DNA from: a virus
Virus record (IMG/VR): IMGVR_UViG_3300010316_000005
Span: 32,001 to 96,000 of that record
Direction: 5' to 3' (one strand)
DNA length: 64,000 bases
The position numbers and the translations under genes were made by a program. Position 1 is the stretch's first letter, and each line of letters begins with the position of its first letter. Shown in pieces: positions 56,135-64,000 of this stretch. The notes below the pieces were generated by a model. That model worked only from the letters and a program-made list of their open reading frames with translations, did no database searches and had not been told where the DNA came from.

Positions 56135-56793
56135 AGCTTAATCTGATCCTGTAAATCTGTTCTTAAATTGTCAAAGTGAAATCCAAGTATAGCAACGCGG
56201 CGGATTGCTTTGTCGTCGTTAACTACTGTATGATTCCAGCCCGTATTAACAAACCAAAGTTCTTTTGGTTTCATTTTAAACTCGTGTACACCTTCTTTAT
56301 CTCTAAAAAGAAAGGTACTGTTATTTTCATTTAAGCAAATTTGTGCTCTGCATATAACACTAGTGTCAGCGTCGATGTGCCAGTTAAGTTTATGATCTGG
56401 TTGCATTTCACTTAGTCTAAATCTGTACACATCGCTAAAGAAGCTTTTCATTTCTTCTTGTACTATTTCGGAGTTTGCTGCCCACTTTGAATACAAATAC
56501 TCATCCATATTATTTTGATTTATCGCAGGGTTAGTTTGCATAATTACTTGTCTATACGATTGACCTACGTTAAATACCTTTTCGTAATCGCAGCCTCGAC
56601 TGATAGCGTAATCGTCGCCACCTATATCGCTTTGTTGATTGTTATCTAAAAACTTGTTTAGGTAATCAAACACTTCGTCTGACACTTCTCCGAGCTTAGA
56701 AAAGACCTGTAGCTTGTTGCGCCTCGGGCCAGTGCCTCCGACTCTTGTTCTTTTTGTTTGCTCTACTAAACATACTTTGTCTTCATTACTCAT
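56131..56793 (-). CDS. Asp/Asn beta-hydroxylase-like oxygenase
   Basis: LNWHID...NTGWNHTVVN..R. Confidence 0.7.
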   Translation of the reverse strand: MSNEDKVCLVEQTKRTRVGGTGPRRNKLQVFSKLGEVSDEVFDYLNKFLDNNQQSDIGGDDYAISRGCDYEKVFNVGQSYRQVIMQTNPAINQNNMDEYLYSKWAANSEIVQEEMKSFFSDVYRFRLSEMQPDHKLNWHIDADTSVICRAQICLNENNSTFLFRDKEGVHEFKMKPKELWFVNTGWNHTVVNDDKAIRRVAILGFHFDNLRTDLQDQIKL

Positions 56794-57341
56794 AATTTCT
56801 TCCAATCGCTTATGGGCATACTGTTTAACTCTAATTCTTTACCATTGTAGATTACATTCTGCCAGCAATTTTTATCCCCAGGGGTCGCGCAAGTCTGTAT
56901 CATTTCTGGATGAAGAATCCATTCGCCTTCTAATTTTTGTGCATATCTTGCTAACGAATTGCGTCTCTTTAAGTCTTGCATAGATATAAAAACTGTCTTG
57001 TACTGTTGTATATATTCTAACTGTCGTGGCAGAATATACAAACTTGGACTGAACCTTTTGTCGTGTGCCGGTAACGTAAATCTTCTATAGTCGGGATATA
57101 TGTAAGTTCGCGTTAGCAGTCTATAACAACCTTCGTAAAATTCCTGTATAGTAGCAAACGCTGCTAATTTATCGTTGTCAAGTAAAAAGAACCATTCAGC
57201 AAACTTTGTATTGTAGCACTTTTCTAAATGCGCAAACCAATCACTGTTTCGTGCATCGCCCGCGTGCTGCGCGGCATCGAGCAACTTTAATTCATTTAAA
57301 AAACGTTCCTCACCAAATTCTGATAGCGTGACTACTTTCAT
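56790..57341 (-). CDS. GNAT-like acyltransferase
   Basis: LAAFATI...RLLTRTYIYPDYR. Confidence 0.45.
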   Translation of the reverse strand: MKVVTLSEFGEERFLNELKLLDAAQHAGDARNSDWFAHLEKCYNTKFAEWFFLLDNDKLAAFATIQEFYEGCYRLLTRTYIYPDYRRFTLPAHDKRFSPSLYILPRQLEYIQQYKTVFISMQDLKRRNSLARYAQKLEGEWILHPEMIQTCATPGDKNCWQNVIYNGKELELNSMPISDWKKL

Positions 57342-58051
57342 TGCTTGATTATTCCTATAAACCTAGCAGTAGGATCAAACTCGTACCACTTGCGTCCAAT
57401 GCGATAATCGCCGCCTCTATCGTGGTGATTAGCGTGCCAACCTTCTCCGGCGGTTAACATATTAGCAACCCAAGAATTGCTAGGCTTGCCATTTTTATGC
57501 CCAAGAACATTTAACAAGCTGTATCCGTGAAACGCAAACACAACAGGAACAGCGTACCCGAATATCAAAAGCAATGGATTAATCGCAGCAAGAATTAGAA
57601 TGATTGCAATATTCAGCTTAAAGTAATGCTGATAGAACCAACGAAGTAATTTGTCTCTTAATAAGCTCTTTATAAATTTACGTTCTATGTGGGCAGTATA
57701 TCCCCAAGTGTTAAAATAGACTGTTAACAGTCCTTTTATAGCAAACGAGTGAGGGTCTTTATCAGTATCGCTATATGCGTGATGCTGTAGATGGGTTCCT
57801 GCCCAGGTTAACACGGGGCCAGCGCCGCTGAACATTCCTAGAATGTTAACAACGTAGGGATACCATCTTCCTGTTTTAAAACTTCTATGACTATAGTATC
57901 TGTGATAGCCGCCGCTTATTGATACAATGGCAATTACATACCACCATAACAGAGCAGCAATAAACATCCACCATTCTCCGTACATAAAAGCAGGGATCAA
58001 CATTAGATGACAAAATATGTGATTTAGCAGTAGTTTAGAGGTATTGTTCAT
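57338..58051 (-). CDS. Delta-9-type fatty acid desaturase
   Basis: His boxes GYHRYYSH, HLQHH..SD...DPH, GEGWHANHH. Confidence 0.9.
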   Translation of the reverse strand: MNNTSKLLLNHIFCHLMLIPAFMYGEWWMFIAALLWWYVIAIVSISGGYHRYYSHRSFKTGRWYPYVVNILGMFSGAGPVLTWAGTHLQHHAYSDTDKDPHSFAIKGLLTVYFNTWGYTAHIERKFIKSLLRDKLLRWFYQHYFKLNIAIILILAAINPLLLIFGYAVPVVFAFHGYSLLNVLGHKNGKPSNSWVANMLTAGEGWHANHHDRGGDYRIGRKWYEFDPTARFIGIIKQ

Positions 58052-58535
58052 TTACTAATCCTAAGATTTGGTCTACTGCGTTTTCTACAGCGATATAATC
58101 TTCAAGGTTTGGATATTTCTGTAATATTTTGTCAGTACCTACATATCCAAAGCTTATGTACTTTATGCGTACTGTCTTATTTAGTTTAGCTAAGTCATCG
58201 GAGAGCATCTTCAAGGTTTTCTTATACATTTGGTATTCTAGCAGGTGTTGATAATCATCAGGAAGATTTTCAGTACGCTCTGCTATCCTGCTTCCTATAT
58301 TGATTATAGTTTTATTTGTATTTTGATATTTTTTAAAAAAGTCCAGCAGCAATAATGTTTGGCCAATACTGCAATATGCGTTATTAATCAAAATATCAGG
58401 TTCAGTTGAAAGTAACTTTTTTCGGTCAAGGCGGTGTTGAATATTATACCCGTTGGCTCTACTAAACCCGTTGCACTTGATGCGGTCGTAAATGCATTTT
58501 CCAATTCCGCTAGTATGGCCTGTGACTGCAATCAT
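58035..58535 (-). CDS. Short SDR-like oxidoreductase
   Basis: VTGHTSGIG, LINNA, INIGS, YQMYK. Confidence 0.75.
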   Translation of the reverse strand: MIAVTGHTSGIGKCIYDRIKCNGFSRANGYNIQHRLDRKKLLSTEPDILINNAYCSIGQTLLLLDFFKKYQNTNKTIINIGSRIAERTENLPDDYQHLLEYQMYKKTLKMLSDDLAKLNKTVRIKYISFGYVGTDKILQKYPNLEDYIAVENAVDQILGLVNEQYL

Positions 58536-59737
58536 TTGTAGTATTCCTTGAATTCTGGAAAAACGTCGAGTAAGTTTGTATTTCTGATTTCGTCAAGCTT
58601 TTTTGTAAATTTAATAAATCTTTCAAATTCCATAGCCGAGCTTTGCGGCTTAGTTAGTATTTCCATAGTATTGTCTAACCCCGGAAGATTTCCGTATTCA
58701 AAATTTGAATACTTCTCTATATACTCTTGCTTGATCTTGTCTGGTAAATTTAATGCGTTGTAAATTTTAGGATTAGTAACTAGATTATTCCAGCCTGCAC
58801 TCGAGGTATACGTTACCAAGGACTTAATGTAATCGTGTATTTCGTCTAAGTATCCAATGTTTAAGCACTGTACTGCAATAGTAAACACTACTTTAACATC
58901 AGACGCGATTGCACGTCTAAGATTTTCATCAAATGTTTCCCACACTAATCCACTTCTGATATATTCGGCTCTTTTGCCAACGCCGTCTATGCTGAAATTT
59001 AATATAACTTTTCTAAACTTGTGCGCGTTGTCTAGCACCTTTTGTGGTAGTACCGTTCCGTTTGTTATTACAAACAATTCAAGATTGTTTACGTTCTTAC
59101 TAGATAGCAGCATATCAAATATCTCATCAAAGTCTGGGTGAACAAATGCTTCGCCGCCGATGAGACTAAACCTATCAATGCTTTCTAAAATAACAGAAAC
59201 ATCATTGAAATAGTTTTCTTTGGAATTACTAGTATACGCTGTTTTGATAGATTTGTCAACCTCGGCTATGCCGTGCTTCTTATATTCTGCTGCTATCTTC
59301 GACGACGAGTTTGGGTTACACATTATGCATTTGAGATTACATATATTTCCCAATATTTTTAAATTAACATACTGTAGATCCTCGGCTGCTATCTCGTTGC
59401 TATCAGCGTTTAAGAATTTTTCTAAAGTCTTAAACGTGCTTTCATTTTGATATTTGACGTTTTGATTTTGGCGGCGCGACTGAATACCGTTCTCTTCAGT
59501 GAATATGCAAGACTTACAGGTACGACGAATATCTTCAGAAATGTTTCCATCTATCATATCCCGCCGCATTGTCTTCATATAATCAGAATTCATATATTCT
59601 AACGGAGACATAAAGTCAGTTGATCGATTAGATGCTTTATCAGGTAATGCAATACAGCACGGAGTATAATACCCGTCAGTAGTATGAGATAGATTTATAA
59701 AAGGCTCAACACACCACGGCATTTTTTTATTAGTCAA
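58532..59737 (-). CDS. Radical SAM protein with N-terminal twitch/SPASM-like Cys cluster
   Basis: WC..PF...PCC; CNLKCIMC; GGE; TNG; SIDG. Confidence 0.85.
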   Translation of the reverse strand: MTNKKMPWCVEPFINLSHTTDGYYTPCCIALPDKASNRSTDFMSPLEYMNSDYMKTMRRDMIDGNISEDIRRTCKSCIFTEENGIQSRRQNQNVKYQNESTFKTLEKFLNADSNEIAAEDLQYVNLKILGNICNLKCIMCNPNSSSKIAAEYKKHGIAEVDKSIKTAYTSNSKENYFNDVSVILESIDRFSLIGGEAFVHPDFDEIFDMLLSSKNVNNLELFVITNGTVLPQKVLDNAHKFRKVILNFSIDGVGKRAEYIRSGLVWETFDENLRRAIASDVKVVFTIAVQCLNIGYLDEIHDYIKSLVTYTSSAGWNNLVTNPKIYNALNLPDKIKQEYIEKYSNFEYGNLPGLDNTMEILTKPQSSAMEFERFIKFTKKLDEIRNTNLLDVFPEFKEYYK

Positions 59738-60620
59738 TTTCTACTCTTTCCATAGTGCTGTATTCACATAATGCATCGATGATCTCAGTAGGTGTCATTT
59801 CGTTGTTGACTAGCATTGCTACTGGAATATTTCCCATTGCGTTCTTAGGATCATCTTTAACAAATCCTAGCGCACCTAGATAGTTGTGATTTTGAATCCA
59901 CCATTCGTCCATTCCATCTAAAAATCGTCGAACGCTTTCGTTTCCTCTAGAATGAAAATATGCAGTAAAGTCCGAGCTGTAATATCTAAGTGGACGTATG
60001 TTATCTTCCCCGACTACATCGTCGCCGTCCTTGTATACATCATATAGTGGCTTCCCGACTTCGCAATAATTGATATAAACTTCGCCAAACTTTCTCAACA
60101 ATGTAAAATGTTCATAGTCAGCGTCAATCATATCATATCTCTTCCTATTAGCAAATCTACAAACAATCCTAGGAAAATGCTTTTCTTGGGTAGTGTTATG
60201 ATAGAAGTTTTCAGCTCTGTGTATAATTACGTTGTATCTTTCCAACGCATCCCTAACTTGTAAATTTGACCTATGCCAAAAGTCAGTAGGCGACAATACG
60301 CCGCCACGCAAGTTTTCAAAGTAGTGATGAAGATGATTAAGCTGCTCTTGCGGCATTCCTACAAACGCCCTATGATATACAACTTCTTCTTGCGAGTTAA
60401 GAACATCAATACAATCATTTAGTTCTTGTACTAATCTTTCTTCAGTCCACACTCCATTAGGAAAGTTATACAAGCGGTCCTTTTCAGCAATCTCATTATT
60501 ATTATTGCATTGTTCTACTAACGCCCGGTGCCAACGAGTTGCTATATCAGTTCCGTAGACTTGATACTGTAACTTAAATTCTTCTTTACTAGAGTTTGAA
60601 AACACTATCGAAAATATCAT
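59730..60620 (-). CDS. Hypothetical protein
   Basis: LNHLHHYFE, N..IH..E, VYINY..VGK. Confidence 0.6.
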   Translation of the reverse strand: MIFSIVFSNSSKEEFKLQYQVYGTDIATRWHRALVEQCNNNNEIAEKDRLYNFPNGVWTEERLVQELNDCIDVLNSQEEVVYHRAFVGMPQEQLNHLHHYFENLRGGVLSPTDFWHRSNLQVRDALERYNVIIHRAENFYHNTTQEKHFPRIVCRFANRKRYDMIDADYEHFTLLRKFGEVYINYCEVGKPLYDVYKDGDDVVGEDNIRPLRYYSSDFTAYFHSRGNESVRRFLDGMDEWWIQNHNYLGALGFVKDDPKNAMGNIPVAMLVNNEMTPTEIIDALCEYSTMERVEID

Positions 60621-61741
60621 TAATTGCTGTTCCTTAGAACTTTTGTATTACCCAGTTGCGTGTTCCAATTACTATGTTTTGTACACTGAGTCGCACAGCT
60701 ATCAAACGGATTTTTTGTCGTCCATGATTTTTCTATTTCTAAAAACAAGTCAGACTCAATAACATCCTTGATTTCATTCTTAATTATATTGTTAAAGTCT
60801 AATGGATAGTTTTTCTGTTTATAGAATTGAGAAGAAAAGGATCCAGGAACCATATTTAACAGACTGTTCTGAGCATCAAATGACACCCAGCAGCAAGGCC
60901 AAAGTCTGCCATCAGCTGACAAATAAACAGAACTTTGTTTCGTTACCTGACAACTAACTTTGCTCGGTGCTGTAACAATTTTATCATCAGGCAACAGTGA
61001 TACTTCGGACTTACTAACGCAGTTAGCATCATATGATTCTTTCTGGTATCTCTGCTTAGGCAAATGACTAAAGCGATCTGCTATCTTTGAAGATGGTTCC
61101 AGTCGATATGATTCTTGTTTATTTTTATCCACTATTATGTAATCTCGGTTCCCATTCCACCGAACTGACGGACGTTCTTTAAATTTTTTAAATCCGTATT
61201 CTAAAGACAAAGCTTTGCATTCGTCAACTTGATGTTCATTATGCTTAAATACTGTCATTGCCCAACTTGCATTGCCGCCTGTGTCAATGAATGACTTTGC
61301 GTTTTTCATAACAGTATCAAATCTAGTATTTCTTCGATACAAGTGATGTGTGTCAGCAAGTCCGTCTATGCCAAATTCTACTTCAACGTTTTTAAAAGAG
61401 CCAAGCCATTTCCAAAATTCAACACCGAGTGCGCCACCATTGGTTCGAATTTCTACTTTAACCTTAAACTTTAAAATAGCGTCAATCAAGGCTTTAGGAT
61501 TTGAGTGCATAACTATGTCGCCGAAATTTCCGTTAATTAAAACGTTCTCTAAGTTTTTAAAGTATTCATTTTTTAAGATCCTCTTAATTTGCTTCGGCGT
61601 CCATTCTTTGATTTCTAAATTAGGATGAGTCTCTAATGTAGCAGTAAGAGTTCGGGGGCATTGCGGGCAGCGGGCATTACAGTCACTAGTTGGTTCTAAG
61701 TGAAGGTGGCGCGGAGTATCTTTATAGATTCCATTAATCAT
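60620..61741 (-). CDS. Radical SAM protein with C-terminal SPASM/twitch domain
   Basis: CNARCPQC, GNFGD, TNG, GIDG, C...WPCC...C..QC. Confidence 0.85.
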   Translation of the reverse strand: MINGIYKDTPRHLHLEPTSDCNARCPQCPRTLTATLETHPNLEIKEWTPKQIKRILKNEYFKNLENVLINGNFGDIVMHSNPKALIDAILKFKVKVEIRTNGGALGVEFWKWLGSFKNVEVEFGIDGLADTHHLYRRNTRFDTVMKNAKSFIDTGGNASWAMTVFKHNEHQVDECKALSLEYGFKKFKERPSVRWNGNRDYIIVDKNKQESYRLEPSSKIADRFSHLPKQRYQKESYDANCVSKSEVSLLPDDKIVTAPSKVSCQVTKQSSVYLSADGRLWPCCWVSFDAQNSLLNMVPGSFSSQFYKQKNYPLDFNNIIKNEIKDVIESDLFLEIEKSWTTKNPFDSCATQCTKHSNWNTQLGNTKVLRNSN

Positions 61742-61877
61742 CTTTTATCTGCTCTATGTCAATTCTTTGAGGAGTACAGTGATGGCAAGAGTAACTCAAT
61801 CCTGTATCAAGTCTGAGATTAGTACGATACCATTTTGCCAAGCAAAAAGATGGGCTTACGTGATTTAGTTTCTTCAT
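61734..61877 (-). pseudogene. 47-aa Cys/His ORF, probably truncated N-terminus of another radical SAM
   Basis: MKKLNHVSPSFCLAKW...DTGLSYSCHHC; ATGA-coupled; spacing parallels N-terminus of 58532 ORF. Confidence 0.55.
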
Positions 61878-62791
61878 TTAATTCCTATTTTCATGTATCT
61901 AGTATATTTATCAAGCGGTAGTTCGCCTAGATATAAACATTCACTCATAGTAACTTGTTTATCAAATTGTTCTTTACTACTAACACAGTTTACGTGTTCT
62001 TCAACTTCGTAATAGTTGTTTGATTGAAGAACAACCGTTGTACCTGTTGGTATTTTATTATACCATTCATCAAAGTTTTCGATGTGTTCGCAACTGGTGT
62101 TAATAACAGTATCTGGACAATCTGTTACAGGATAACTCATCCTATTGTTAGTCTTACTCCATTCTTGCCAAGTATGTCTACTATAATCAATATTCATAAT
62201 GTCTTCTGTAATACTCTTAAATTTCCAATCATCAATGAACCAGGGTTTATTAAATATTTCTGCAATCTTCGCGCACGACGGATCGATGTCAAAGCTACGA
62301 ATATTTCCTACTTTTATTCCGGACTCAAAAATCATAGTTGCTAGAGTACCGTACCATCCTGCACACAAAAACACTGTGCCGAGGTCTAAATTTAACTTTT
62401 TCAACTCACTAACTAACCAAAGCTTACTGTATAACTGGCCACGACTAAAACAGTCGTTATCAAACTCAACCTCATTCACAAATAAGCTCTTAAGAGCAGC
62501 AACAAACTGAGTGTTAGTATAGCTTGTCAACACAGGCCATAATTTCCAAACGTTATCTTCCATTACTAGCTTGCGCAAGTCATCGTCATCAAATAACCTA
62601 AAAATGCTGTGTAAGTTTTGATCCATTACTGCTTTGCGTAAGTCTTCGGCATTGCCCTGTACTGTGCTAGGCATCAGTCTAAAAATACTAGAAAGGTCTT
62701 TGTCTATGTATGCGCGTCTTAGATCAGACAACTTGCTGTTAGTTGGATACAGTAATTCAAATCTATCTAAGATTTCATAAGTCTCTAGCAT
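61874..62791 (-). CDS. Class I SAM-dependent methyltransferase-like protein
   Basis: LCAGWYG, SFDID, INTSCEH; three N-terminal DLR repeats. Confidence 0.7.
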   Translation of the reverse strand: MLETYEILDRFELLYPTNSKLSDLRRAYIDKDLSSIFRLMPSTVQGNAEDLRKAVMDQNLHSIFRLFDDDDLRKLVMEDNVWKLWPVLTSYTNTQFVAALKSLFVNEVEFDNDCFSRGQLYSKLWLVSELKKLNLDLGTVFLCAGWYGTLATMIFESGIKVGNIRSFDIDPSCAKIAEIFNKPWFIDDWKFKSITEDIMNIDYSRHTWQEWSKTNNRMSYPVTDCPDTVINTSCEHIENFDEWYNKIPTGTTVVLQSNNYYEVEEHVNCVSSKEQFDKQVTMSECLYLGELPLDKYTRYMKIGIK

Positions 62792-63800
62792 TAAATTTTT
62801 CCTTTAACCAAGCAAAGTCGTTTATCTTTACTAATTCAGATGTGTTACCTCTAAATGTTGCCCCAAAATGTGCGCCTTGCTTCGCTCCATCAATCGCATA
62901 CTTTCCGAATTGTCCTCGATTTACAGTACACCAAGTACGAAGTCTATGATTTGTTTCGTCATCATTTTGCCGGTCGATAACCTTTGAGCTGAGTTTACAA
63001 CACTCTCTAAAGGCGCTGCGCCAAGTACTGTACGGGTCTGTATTAAAAGCTGTGATGTTTGATATTTCATTTACTGCAATAAATTTACTAGAAACGCTAG
63101 TGGTCATATCAGGCTTCGATGTATCCATATTAATAGTCATTAGACGCGGAAACAGCTTGATTCCACCGTACCCATATACCAAACCATTAATAGGGTTCTG
63201 GCTGCGCCAAACGTGAACATGGTCTTGTTGATGAGACGGCACTATATAGTCAAAGTTGAAATCATCAACAATTACTGCGTCAGCATCAATAACCCAGAAC
63301 ATGTTAGTATTGGCCATTTCAGCAGCTTTGATATGAGCTTGATGAATCCCTGTAACGCCGTGTACACGTAACACCTTTGTAAATCTGTCTACTAATGCCT
63401 GATAATTTTCATCAGCGTTAGGCTCATCGTATGATATAAACACCTTGTCATACGGAGGGGTTATTGATGCAGTTATGTCAATTTGTTTTTGATCAACAAA
63501 GTTCTTCTTTTTCCATTCTTCTTCTGTAATAGGATAGGACTTACTTATTAAGCACACGCCGTCGTAAGAAGTGTCATTGTGTAAGAATTGATGAACATAC
63601 TTTTGGTCGTACGTTTCAACTTGGTACGAGAAATCAAAGCTATCTAATATTTCTAGGTCAGGTGGTATTGCCCAAAACATTTTAGTAAATGATTTTCTTT
63701 TTGCTTCCGTAATTGTAGCTGCATGTTTAGCAGCTACAAATCTTTGTTTAATCTGTTCCCAAGACTTATTTTTTTCACCAATAAAAATGATATCATACAT
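62775..63800 (-). CDS. Glycosyltransferase-like (GT-A) protein with internal duplication
   Basis: FISYDE...FWVIDAD...YGGIKL; degenerate first copy. Confidence 0.55.
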   Translation of the reverse strand: MYDIIFIGEKNKSWEQIKQRFVAAKHAATITEAKRKSFTKMFWAIPPDLEILDSFDFSYQVETYDQKYVHQFLHNDTSYDGVCLISKSYPITEEEWKKKNFVDQKQIDITASITPPYDKVFISYDEPNADENYQALVDRFTKVLRVHGVTGIHQAHIKAAEMANTNMFWVIDADAVIVDDFNFDYIVPSHQQDHVHVWRSQNPINGLVYGYGGIKLFPRLMTINMDTSKPDMTTSVSSKFIAVNEISNITAFNTDPYSTWRSAFRECCKLSSKVIDRQNDDETNHRLRTWCTVNRGQFGKYAIDGAKQGAHFGATFRGNTSELVKINDFAWLKEKFNARDL

Positions 63801-63820
63801 ACTTTATTATAACACCTATT

Positions 63821-64000
63821 TTATTGTTGTCTAGTATTTCCGTAGTGAATTACTTCGCATTTATCGTTGACGTAGTTTCTCCAAGGATCGATCACTACAC
63901 TGCCGTCGGGGATATTACAGTACAATGTATCAACATCACTTTGTCCAGTATACTTGTAGGTTGTGCTAGCACTATGAGCAAGCAAGAAGATTGCTGGCTT
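63821..64000 (-). CDS. C-terminus of UDP-glucose/GDP-mannose dehydrogenase-like protein (partial)
   Basis: GSVVIDPWR...VIHYG at C-terminus. Confidence 0.5.
   Translation of the reverse strand, partial: KPAIFLLAHSASTTYKYTGQSDVDTLYCNIPDGSVVIDPWRNYVNDKCEVIHYGNTRQQ

Noticed and set aside
1-64000. tRNA, rRNA, integrase or IS elements
   Set aside because: None recognised; intergenic gaps are short and explained by promoters or terminators. A tRNAscan/Infernal run would be needed to exclude them formally.

Overview
64 kb slice of a large lytic dsDNA tailed phage with T4-like organisation, probably infecting an alphaproteobacterium (inferred from an FdxA-type ferredoxin). It has near-consensus sigma70 promoters and a recurring (G/T)ATAAATA late-promoter motif. 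From left to right it carries: the end of a structural gene; GroES; nucleotide-metabolism and replication genes (MazG-like NTPase, DEDDh exonuclease, clamp loader, FdxA, DHFR, ThyA, PhoH); spanin/holin-like genes; DnaJ and ClpA; a block of probable internal head proteins with a GH19 endolysin; family-B DNA polymerase and a probable clamp; a 7-deazaguanine locus (TGT/DpdA-like, QueD-like, FolE, QueE, with an embedded glycosyltransferase and PRTase, no QueC in view); RNase H-like 5'-3' exonuclease; a MoxR-like AAA/VWA pair; a tail-fibre-like gene; and a ~13.5 kb tailoring-enzyme cluster (7 Fe(II)/2OG-type oxygenases, 3 radical SAMs, desaturase, SDR, methyltransferase, glycosyltransferase-like protein, sugar dehydrogenase). 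Highlights read directly from the DNA: (1) free-standing homing endonucleases sit beside orphaned duplicate ends of their neighbour genes at three sites, plus one empty scar, suggesting they insert into genes and supply a replacement terminus; (2) a covarying leader hairpin with a CAY/U internal loop lies just after a late promoter in front of two different endonucleases and phoH; (3) two adjacent oxygenases have HxN instead of the HxD iron motif; (4) an oxygenase apparently starts at a non-canonical codon. No tRNA, rRNA, CRISPR array or intron was recognised. All family calls are from motif recognition by eye, not from database searches.
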